Assembly: GCA_024137785.1 (NCBI GenBank) | Contig: JAHRHZ010000026.1 | Location: 10,346,857 to 10,410,856, forward strand | Length of the DNA: 64,000 nt | Origin: Ginglymostoma cirratum | Lineage: Eukaryota | Direction of reading: 5' to 3' | In this document: positions 40,001-52,000 of the stretch, one piece after another | Numbering within the stretch: position 1 is the stretch's first letter | How the letters are laid out: each line of letters starts with the position of its first letter | Made by a program: the position numbers and the translations under genes | Notes under the pieces: generated by a model | The model's database searches: none | Seen by the model: only the letters and a program-made list of their open reading frames with translations | What the model was told of the DNA's origin: nothing

Positions 40001-43000
40001 GTGTAAAAAAGTTGCCCCCCAGGTCCCTTTTCAATCTTTCCCCTCTCACCTTTAACCTACGCCCTGTAGCTTTGGACTCCCCTATCCTGGGAAAAAGACC
40101 TTGGCTATTCACCCTTACTGTGCCCCTCATGATTTCATAAATTTCCATAAGGTTACCCCTCAGCCTCTGATGCTCCAGGGGAAAAAGCCCCAGCCTATTC
40201 AGCCTCTCCCTATAGCTCAAACCCTCTAATCCTTTCTGTATTATTTCACTAAAGTGTATAACTTCATATTTAGCCATGTTGCGTTGCACTGCACCTGCTA
40301 GGTGTTTGGCCACCTAGTCAACTTGTCTCAATCACCCTGAAGCCTCCTTGCATCATACTCACAACTCTTAATCTTGCTTGGTTTTATGTCATCAGCCAAC
40401 TTGTAAATGTTGCATTTGATTCCCTCATCCAAGGATAATAATTGTGGGTAGCTGAGACCTCGAGCACTGATCCTGGTGGTCATTGCTTGCTACTTGAAAA
40501 AAAAAAGGCCCATTTATTCGCGTTCTGTTTTCTGTCTGTCAACCAATTCTTGAACCATGCCAATGTATTACCTCTTATTCTATGTGCTTTAATTTTGCCC
40601 ACTAACCTCTTCTGAAGGACCTTGTCAAAAGCCTTCTGAAGATCCAAATACACCAGACATCCGCTGGTCCTCCCTTATCAATTCTACTTATCACATCCTC
40701 AAAAAACTCCAGTAAATTTGTTAAGCATGATTTGCTTTTCATAATCCTACACTGGCTTTGTCTAATCCTGTTGATCTCCAAATGTTCCACTATCATATTT
40801 TTTCATAATAGAATCTAACATTTTTTCCATTGCTGGTGTTAGGCTAATTGGATTTTATTCTGTATTTTTTCCTCTCCTTCCCTTTTTAAATAGTGGTGTT
40901 ACATTTGCCACCTTCAAATCTGTAAGAACTGCTTCAGATGACCACCAATGTATCTAATATTTCCAGGGCAACTTCCTTTAGTACTGTGAAATGTTGATTA
41001 TTAGGCCCTGCGATTAGTCAATCTTTAACCCCATTAGGTTCCTAGCATCATTCTCTTCCTAATACCAATATCCTTCAATTCCATCATTATAGGACTGTTA
41101 GTTTCGTAATATTTCTAGGAGATTATTTGTGCTCTCTTTTGTGAAGACAGACCACCCAAAGTATTTGTTTGATTCTTTGCTAATTCTTTGTTCCTCTTTA
41201 TAATTTCCCTTACTTTTCCTATAAAGAGATCTTCATTTATCTTCATTAAGTTTTTTTCTCTTCACTTATTTAAAGAAGCTTTTACGATCAGTTTTTATGT
41301 CCTTACAATTTTACTTTCATACTTTATTTCCCCCTTTTGATCAAAATTTTTTGTCCTCCTTTGCTGAATTCTAAAATACTCTCAATCCCCAGATTTGCCG
41401 CTTTATTTCTGGCAACTTTGTGTATCTCTTCTTTGAACCTAATACTATCCCTAGTTTATTTCACAAGTTGTGGTTGAGCCACCTTTCCTCTTATTTTTGC
41501 ACTAGACAGGAATGAATAATTATGATTTAAGATTTATAAATAATTTCGAGAATTTCAAATAGTCAGCCCTTTACAAATTGTCAATGACTGCTTTTAATAT
41601 TTGCCTTGCTAGCAGGACTGCTCCATTCATTTTCTAACTGAAAACCTTTTAGGTATGCTGGAAAAGATTTACTGAGATATCCTCAATTATGAACTGTCAA
41701 ATTCAAAACAAGGAACCATTTTGCACTACACACATTTTAACGATATCTCTCCATCTTCTAACTACTGAAACTTTTAATATTGCATTGGGAATAGCTTACT
41801 ACAAGAGTTCAGTGCAAGTGCAAGACTACCAGACTAGCAAGCTTTTTAAATTCATTTGTGGGACACGGGCGTCTCTGGCTGACCAGCATTTATTGCCTGC
41901 CCCTAGTTCCCTGTTAAAGGTGCTGTTGGGCCACCTTCTCCAACTGCTGCATTCCATGTGCCGTAGGTAGACCCACAATGCCCTTAGAAAGGGAATTCCA
42001 GGATTTTGACACAATGACAGTGAAGGTATGGTGATATATTTCAAGTCAGGATAGTGAGTGGCTTGGAAGGGAACTTACGGGAGTGGCATTCTCGTGTAAC
42101 TGCTGCCCTTGTCCTTCTAGATGGAAATTGTTGTGGATTTGTAAGGTGCTGTCTCAGGATCTTTGGTGATTTTTTTGCAGTGCAATTTATAGACATTACA
42201 TATTGCTGCTAGTGAGCGTTGGTGGTGGAATGAGTAGATGCTTGTGGATGTAGTGCCAATCAAAAGGGCTGCTTTGTACTGGATGGTGTCAAGCTTGATG
42301 TTGTCGGAGCTGCACCCGGCAGGCAATTGGGGAGTATTCCATCACACTCATGACTTGTGCCTTAGAGATGGTGGACAGGCTTTGGGGAGTCAGAAGGTGA
42401 GTTACTTGCTGCAGTTTTCCTAGCCTCTGACCTACCCTGTAACTATTGTGATTATGTGGTGAGTCCAGTTGAGTTTCTGGTCAGTGGTAACCCCCAGGAT
42501 GTTTACAGTGGGGAATTCAATGCTGGTAACACAATTTAATGTCAAGGGGCTGTATTTAGATTTGTCTTTTATTGGAGATGATTTTTGATTGACATTTGAG
42601 TGATGTGAATGTTATTTGCCACTTGTTGGCCCAAACCATGATTTTATCCAGATCTTGTTGCATTTGAATGTGCAGCACTTCAGCATCTGGGGAGTGGTGA
42701 ATGATGCTGAACATTATGCAATTGTCAGCGAATGTCCCCACTTCTGATCTTATGGTGAACCTAAGGTCATTGCTGAAGCAGCTGAAGATGGTTGGGCCTA
42801 GGACAATACCCTGAGGAAATCCTGCTGAGATAATTGATCCAACAAGCACAACCATCTTCCTACGTATGAAGTATGACTCCAAACAGCAAGAGTTTGCCCT
42901 GATACCCACTGATGCCAATTTTACTAGAGCTCTTTGATGCCACACTTGGTTCAATGCTGCCTTGATGTCAAGGGTTCTCACTTTCACCTCACCTCTGCAA

Positions 43001-46000
43001 TTTCATATGCATATGGACGGTTTGAACAAGACAGCTACCATGCCAAAAAAAAATCTGAGATAGTGTTTCTTCTTTGGGAACAATTGAGAAATTGTCGTCA
43101 AAATGCTCTCAAAACTGCACTTGTAAGGTTACAATTCAGGTTTTTAAATTCAAATCATATGCGTAACCACAAACTTAACGAATGGTAACCTAGTGCAGTA
43201 ACATTGGAAAAAACATAAAATGGGTTTATCAAAAATAAACATTTTTAAGAAGTAAGTTACGTTTCATATGCAAGATCATGTTTTCTCCAAACCTATAGTC
43301 ACAGGAGTACGTTATTATAACCAGCTAATATTAGCCATCACATGTGCAGTAAATCAGCACCTAATACAAATCATGCTGATGAGCAAAACAGAATGGAGTA
43401 CGTATACAATCAGCTGGTCATTGGAAACATTTGAAAACTGCCTCCCACACACAGAGAGAAAGCGAAGTGCGAGAGCTTGAGACAGAGAGAGAGAGAGAGA
43501 GAAGGGTGAGAGAGAGAGTGAGAGAGGTGAGAGAGAGAGAGAGAGAGGGAGAGACAGACAGAGAAAAAGAGAATGCAATGTATACCTCCTTACCCTCTGT
43601 GTTGGACTGTTGTACTGGATGCATTTGATCACTTTCTCCATCAGACTCGGATGCAATTTCAGAGTGGGATTCAGATGGCAATGGCTTATCTTTGTCCTCA
43701 CAGCTTGCACTAGTTTCAAAGGTGTTGTAGTCAGGTCGTGTACCCTGTTGGATTCCCACCCTCTCTCTCTGAGAGAACCTGAATTTTTAAAAGATGAAAG
43801 TCTTTGGAACTTGTGGTTTTAATTTGGCAGAATTGTGTGAGCACTGTTCTCCACAGTTTCGTTTTTAAGTATCAAGAAACATATCAAAACAACTAAGCAG
43901 AGATAAATGGGCAAAACATCCTCTGATGATCTTGGGGTCATACTCACCGTGAGAACAGCGATAGCTGGGCCAAATTACAGAATCCATTACATGCAACCAA
44001 ACAATGAAACAGAGCACTGTAAACAAAACCTGAGGGATTTGAAAAGCCTCCAACTATACTATTTACTGAACTGGAAGGATATCCTTCACCTGGGCATTTT
44101 ATTTATTATGCATTCATGGGATTTGGGTGTCATTAGCTGTGCCAGTGTTCATTGTCCATCCCTTGTTGCTCTCAAGTGGGTGGCGGGGGGTGTAGCTGTA
44201 CAGAATTGCTGTAGATAGATCCCACAGTGCATTGGAAGGAAGGAAGTTTCAGGATTTTGAAACAGTGACACTGAAGGGAAAGCAATCTTTTTCCAAGCAA
44301 GGATAGTGAATAGCTTGGAGGGGAGCTTGCAGGTGGTGTGTTCCCGGGTATCAGGTATCAGGTATCTGCTACTGTTACCTTTCTCGGTGATAGTGGTTGT
44401 GGGTTTGGAAGATGCTGTCTGAGGAACCTTGATGAATTCCTGTAGACCTTCTTGTTACTGAGCATCAGTGATGGAGGGAGTGAATGTTGGTAGATGTGGT
44501 GCCAGTCAAGCAGCTGCTTCATCCTGGATGTTGTCAAGCTTCTGGAGTATTGTTGGACCTCCACTCACACAGGCAAGTGGGAAATAATCCATCACATCCT
44601 GACTTGCACCTTACAAATAGTGCAGAGGTATTGGAGAGTCAGCAGGATTCCTAGCCTCTGACCTGCTTATGTAGCCACATTAAGTATATGGTAGTTCAGT
44701 TCACTTTTTGGTCAATGAAAACCTTCAGGATGTTGATTATGGGGCAATCAACAATAGTAATGACATTAAATTAATACAAAGGGACCCTATGATCCAGAAC
44801 TAATGACTGGATAAGAATCATTACCACTTATTACTCACATTTTGCTGAAAGACACAATGTCACCTAACATCTTGCCTAAGGGTGACTCAAATGCTAGAGC
44901 AGCTAGACCATGAACATGGCACATATCTGCACTACTAATTCCGCACATGTGCACAAAGCTGATTTCAACTGTTGCTGTAGAAAGTTGGAAATGGGAGTCT
45001 TGTCCCTGCCCCCACAGATTAAGATAACTATTTTACTGGGACATTTTTGCTTGCTGTAACAAAGCTATGCTCCACAAGAACATTCTTTTGCCTTAATTTA
45101 CTGAGCAGCAAGCAGAAGGATCAGCAAAACTTCCCTGCTTAATATCTTGCAACAAAATAGGTTATGATCCAATTTCATCCAGTTGTGGAAGATATAAAAA
45201 GTGTTATATAAATTTTTTTGTGCCCTAGTTTCTCCCAATTCTCTTTAAGGCATTGATTCATTGCATGCGTATTCCATTTGACATTTCTCACAAGTATTTC
45301 ATCTCTCGCTCTTGACAAGGAAGATTGCTAGGTTAGTCAATTCAAGGAGCATCACAAATCACTGTGATTGCATAGTCATCCATGTCCAGACACATGCTCC
45401 AGAGATGTCACTGAACAGCCTCAGAAGCATGAATCCTGGTTGATTTTTGTATCTAAGCAAACCATTAACTACTGACAATAAATCAGGACCGACTTTGAAA
45501 TAAACCTGGGGCATTCGTTGTCGGTGTGGTTTAGTTGATAAACTTGACAAGCATTGTGCACTGAGGATTCATTACTTTTATCCATAACATAAATAATGGG
45601 ACTCACTGACTGCATAACCCAAGCAACAGTTGGTTCAGGAAAGGATCTTAACTTTATAGCACAGTTGGTTAGATGATTACAGTGCAAGACAGATTAATGT
45701 CAACAACACTGGGTTCAATTCGTTGATGGGCTGAAGCAGACACAGGGTCTGTCTCTGCACCCTGCTTATGCTGTTGTAGAAAATCACAGCACTTTACCAC
45801 ATTTTGACAAATAATTCCCAAGGACCTGCAACAAAGGGAGAGAATGCAAGAATTCCACATTCAATACATAATCCACATAAAAATAAACTTTTTTTCTAAC
45901 TATCATGGGAAAGCAGATAAGTTCAAATTTGGACTATGACCCATCATTTTTGTCTGTAGTCTAGATGAGTAAGAAAGGATATTCATTCAAGTAAAGCATG

Positions 46001-49000
46001 AAACTTAGAGAGAGGTCACGATCTGACTTCTACAAGGGAATTGCTGAAAGGTAGCTATATTGGATTTTAGATCCAGTTTTTCTTATCAAAGGCTCACTGT
46101 ATCTAGGGAAATGCTCATTACTATCTATCAGATCAAAGTTGTTTGAGTGGGAATTTCACCTAACTTTACTCTTTCAGAGTTAATAAATTAGGAATGTACA
46201 GGATTAGAAGGATCACTGGTGTTTACCAATCCAGCCTCAATTGAAAGATGGCTAATACTAATAAAGACAAAATTAATTAAACGTGTCAGTGAATTCAATA
46301 CTGAACTGAACAACATGAACAAGCCTGGGCCACAAACCAGCCTGATCATCCAAGAACTGAAATATGCACACTTTTGTAAGAACCAAGTCCAGAACAACTG
46401 TCCTGGAGAAGAAAGGAATTAAATTGGAACTAACTGGGCAGATCTCTCAGAGAGCACACTTGGGTCTAGCAATGCCGCTGCATCTTCTGACATGCTTCTC
46501 AGTACCTAGGAGAAAGACAGCAGATATTAGTTATACAAAACAGCACTTCAACTAAGTTCAGTCTCATACCAAATGTTCAAACACATTCCCTAGAGGAACA
46601 CTAGCATGAAAAAAAGTCTAGGGTAGTCATCTTAACTTTTGATGGTGTATAAAATGAGTGACAGAAATCAAAGGTTATGGAGATCAGGAAAAGTTTTAAT
46701 GGATTGCTGTGTTGTGTTGTATGTTTTAAAGTAAGTTCCAAAGTCAACCTTACCCCAAAGTATGAGACCATTTCTTCATGTCCCTAACATTCCAGAACTC
46801 CCAGTCTGGCATCAGTTACTTTTCTCATATCCCCAGAATCTGTACCTCAGCTTCCTGGTCAGCCAAAATCACGCACACAATTCTTATTCTGTGTAAAGGA
46901 GTTCCTTCAGACATCGGATTCAAGTACCTCATTTGTTTGCTATCTTTGCTGTCTGGGCATTGCATTATACAGACCCCAGGACTTCCTCCGTATAGTACTT
47001 ACCTTTTAAAATACTTCCAAAGAAGATGCAGTAGTGCTGGAGGTAGTTTGTTATCATGGATAAAGGACTAACTAACTCTTAGGATACAAAGTTGGGATAA
47101 GGGATTCTATGATAACGGAAGCATTTTCAGAATGGCAAATTAGTGGAATCCCACAAGGATTAGTGTTGGGACCACAATTATTTGCAATAAATGTTAATGA
47201 TTTGGATGAGGAAAGTGGGTGCACTGTAGGAGATGACTTAAAAATAAGTGGGAAGCAAGTGGTGCGGATGACAGGCAGGGTCTGCAGAGGGATATAGGCA
47301 GGTTAAGTGAGTGGACAAAAACTTATAAGATGGAATATAATGTTGGAAAATGTGAGGTTATGTACTTTGGCAGCAAGAATAGAACAGCCTGAATATTTAA
47401 ATGGAGAAAGACTGCACCAGGCTACAGCACAGAGGTAACAAGGTGTGGAGCTGGATGAACACAGCAGGCCAAGCAGCATCAGAGGAGCAGGAAGGCTGAT
47501 GTTTTGGGCCTAGATCCTTCTTCAGAAACTATCTCTCTACAGCACATAGGGATTTGGGAGTCTTGTGGATGATTCAGTTCAGGAGGTAATAGGAATGCAA
47601 ATGGCATGTTGGCCTTTAGTTCAAAGAGTATTAAGCATAAAAATAGGGAAGTCTCGCAGAAGACTACCAAAAACTAGACTACAGCTTGGATACTGAACAG
47701 TTTTGGTTCTCTTATTTAAGATTTACTGGCATTGGAGGAGGTCAGAGAAAGTTCACTAGGTTGTCCCTGGTTGCAGAGGTGTGGCCTTATGAGGAAAGGG
47801 TGACTAGGTCAGGCCAAAACTCATTGGAGTTTAGAAGAATGAGCAGAGACCTCACTGAAATACACAAGATTCTTAAGGCACTTCATAGAGTAGATGCAAG
47901 GACAGTTTAGAACCAGAGGGATTAATCTAAGAGTAAAGGGTTGCCCTGTTAGGACATGGATGAGAGGAGTTTCTTCCCCCAGAGGATTGTGAATCTGTGG
48001 AATTCTTTATTGTTAAGGGCTGTCAATGCTGAGTGGTTAAGTATGTTCAAAGCTGGGATAAATAGATTTTAATCTGTAAGGGGATCAAGAGGTGTGGAGA
48101 TAAGGCAAAAATGGAGTTGAGGATTGTCAGAGATAAAAGGTACTGCAGATGCTGGAGAATCCGAGATGACAAGCATGGGGCTGGATGAACACAGCAGGTC
48201 AAGCAGCATCATAGGAGCAGGAAAACTTGACGTTTCGGGCCTAAACCCTTCATCAGAAAATGTTTCAGGAGTCGTAGGGAGAAGCGCTTCTGGAGGGTCT
48301 CAATGTTCTGAATGTAGATATTGTCACNNNNNNNNNNNNNNNNNNNNNNNNNNNNNNNNNNNNNNNNNNNNNNNNNNNNNNNNNNNNNNNNNNNNNNNNN
48401 NNNNNNNNNNNNNNNNNNNNNNNNNNNCAATTTTAACCCCACTGCGAAGCCTCTTCTAAGGATGCCTTCCCTGAGGTTTGTCCGGAGGGAGGAGGGTAAC
48501 TTCTTCAGGGTAGGCATCCTTAGAAGAGGCTTCGCAGTGGGGTTAAAATTGTATCTGAGATAAAAGGTACTGCAGATGCTGGAGAATCCGAGATAACAAG
48601 CATGGGGCTGGATGAACACAGCAGGTCAAGCAGCATCATAGGAGCAGGAAAACTTGACGTTTCGGGCCTAAACTCTTCATCAGAAAATCATTGAGGATTG
48701 TCAGATCAGCCATGATCTCATTGAATGGTGAAGCAGACTCAATGGACTGAATGGCCTGTTTCTACTCCTCCATCTTATGGTATTCACTATTACCTACTGG
48801 CCCCTTCCTGTATCATGTGTCAACCTGCACTTATTCTATTTCACTAATGAAAGGACATGTCAATACAATTTTTATTCATCTACCCATCTTAATCAATCAC
48901 CAGATATACTGCTTCGACAACAACAATCACCTGTGATGATGGATTGTTTACATTAACCATTCATGTACCAATTCAGTGGAAAGTCAAAGGGTCTTATGTT

Positions 49001-52000
49001 TCCCTTCCTAGGTCACACTCCCATGTTGTTTGGCACTCTCACCAGAGCTAGCTGAACTGAGTCAGGGAGCACAGACAACTGACAACTTGAAAAGAATCCC
49101 TCAGATAATAAATTAAAATCCACATGAGACTGTCAATGGTGTAAAAAACTGGCTTAAGCTAAACAATATTTTTCTTACCCCCAAGCATGGACAGGCATTG
49201 TTACTTGCTGGTGCAAGTATTTTATTTCAAAAAATATACCTCATTCAAAAAATATGTATAGATTTGTACAGTAGCATATCAAGGAAACAAACACTGGAGT
49301 TTGACTATCCAAACAAAACAAAGGCATCTCTTACTTGAACAAGACTATATTTATATGCATTTGAGGCACTGGGAGGGTCCGATAACTGAACAAATCCCAA
49401 AGTCATTGGTTACTCTGTTAGGTCCTCAAATAATTCAAAGTAGATTGTTGAGGCAAAATGTTCCCTTTCAAAAATCCATGCAAGCTATTCATTACATTTC
49501 TCATTTGTAGATGTTATTTGGTTCTCTCCTAAAAGTAAGGATTCTTGATGTTATAGTGACTGACTGTAAGTCCCGCAATATGTTATGTTTTTCTCTCTTA
49601 ATTACAAAAAATTACGTGTAAACATCCACCTGTCCTTTAACATGGTATCTTTTTGAACAATTTATCAAATACGACAGTAATATTTCAGTTATCTCTTCTT
49701 TGGAATCTTTCAAAATACAAGAATACAGTGCATCCTATTTATTTTTGGTGGGATGAGGGAAGGTCTGGTTAGCTCAGTTGGCTGGATGGCTGGTTTTGTG
49801 ATGCAGAGTGACACCCACAATACAGCTTCATTTCCCACACTGGCTAGAGTTACCATGATGGAGTCTCCTTCTCAACCTCTCCTCTTGCCTGAGGCATGGT
49901 GATCTTCCAGTGTCTCTAATGAGACAGCAGCCCTATGGTCTGGTAAGACTATGGTGACTTTATCTTTAACATGCCTTTTACTTTCCAATTTTAAATGCAC
50001 TAATCTCATTAGTTACCTCATCATTCAATGTCATGTCTACATGTTCCATTTCCCTTCTAAATACCAAAGCAAAATAATTAAAGTTTTACCATCTCTTTGT
50101 CATTACTGTTTCATTATCTTCTACCCGTAAATATTTAGTGGTTCAATTCTCATTAGACTTTTGTTTTTATTGATATGCCTGCCAAAAGTTTTAAATGATT
50201 TGATCAGTTAGTTTCATAGTTCCGCTTTGCCTTCATAAATTGTCTTTTTGACTTTTGTCCTAATTTCTTTGTATACTTGTTTATCAGTAGGTATTTGGTA
50301 AGAGGTTGCCCTCACCTCTGTTAAGTGGGGTTGCTGCAGCTGTACACCATCAGAGAAACTGAACGATGGTGATATATCAAGGGGCACCTTTTTCATTATG
50401 AGAACTACTTGATTTGGATTCTCCCGCAGTTTGGCAACCAGGTTATGCAATGTCCATCCAACCTAATGGTGGTGAAAAAAAAACAGAAGGAAGAGTCTCC
50501 ATGTGAGAAATCCATCATTCCAAAGATTGTTAGAACAAAGTTTCTCTTTGAAGTCAGTCAACAAATAAATTAGGAGGCTTTAAGAACAACAAAGGATTTC
50601 AGCAGCTCTCTGTGTCATCACTGAGCAATAGACTGGTACATTTACGGTTTATAGAATCCCTACAGTGTGAAAGCAAACCTTTCAGCCCAACGAGTCCATA
50701 CCAAACCTCCAAAGAGCATCCCACCCAGACCCACTCCTCTACGCTATCCCTGTAACCTTACATTTCATATGGCTAATCTACACATCCCCGGATACTATGG
50801 GCAATTTAGCATGGCCAATCCACCTATCCTGCACATCTTTGGACTAATGGGAGGAAACCAGAGCACCCAGAGGAAACCCACACAGACATAGGGAGAATGT
50901 GCAAACTCCTCACAGTCACCCAAGGTTGGAATCAAACCTGGGTCCCTGACACTGGGAGGCAGCAGAGCTACCCACTGGGCTACCATGCTGCCCCAAGCAC
51001 TTATACTTAGATATCTTAGGGTGGTCTTAAGGTAAAGAGGTTGAGGTGCCCAGAAGATCCTAAATGTTAGCATGCAGCATTGTGAAACAACAACAATCAA
51101 ACCCATGCTCAAAAAAAGACAACAGCTGGCTGGGAACAGTTCCCCTGTCTCTTCCTTATGATGCGTGGGGATTGGTGAATAATAGCAGAAGGGAGTGAGA
51201 ATTAGTGTTGAAGCCTTTGAAAAAACATAACATGGGTTTGTAATAATGAAACCTGGACTCTGAGGGTTACATGACATGGTGAGACAACACTTTTTACAGG
51301 CAGCATACCTTAAAAGACATGCTCGTAATGTCAACGCTGCATTATGTGACCTGCGCATATAAAGATCTCATAGTCCATCTTGCCTCTGATCACTTGAAGA
51401 ATGAAATTGGAATATGGATACATGATTACCAGATCAGGCTGAATTTGTCAAACCTCCAAAGCGTTACATTGAAATTTGAAATTTTAGTCTTGTAAACTGT
51501 TCATATGATTATTGAATTGACAACATATGCTTATACACAACCACATAACCTGTTTGGGCTAAGATTTTATCTTGGGAAAAATGAAACGTGTTATGCTTCA
51601 CAATCAATATATCTTTAAGAGACTTGTTCATTATATCATCACTGCATATGACATGAGAGTATAAAGATCTCAGTCCACCTTAACTTGGATCACTTGTGTC
51701 TGCAGAAAGCAATATTTGTACATAATTGTTAGTCGTAACATATATTTGTTGGATTACTCAATGCCACAATATCCAGACCTAACTCCTCATGTTATGAGAG
51801 ATATTACCGCGTCAGCTAAAATAGTTTTAAGAGGTAAACTGACACTTTAAGAGATACGAGTAAAGGAGCTATGTAGAGTTAGATTGCAGACCACGTATAA
51901 TTTCACTGAAGATTGGAAATGATTTGAGAACTTTGAGAGCTTTCTTCTTGAGAGTTTACAATCACTGACAAATAAAATGATAATTAAGAATAAAGAAAGA

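Larger units (their letters stand above)
47035..48780 (+). mobile_element. CR1 LINE RT/3' end with two PLE-derived insertions (~47432-47536 and 48132-48690)
   Basis: SGIPQGLVLGPQLFAINVNDLDE; CR1 tail atcagccatgatctcattgaatgg resumes after 48705. Confidence 0.8.

Noticed and set aside
45669-45825. Strong acceptor ctttgttgcag and ORF 45669-45860 as a linker exon
   Set aside because: No donor gives a phase compatible with the flanking exons, and the phase-0 frame stops early.
50795-51358. 187-aa minus-strand ORF
   Set aside because: Runs into an HE1 SINE; composition not protein-like.
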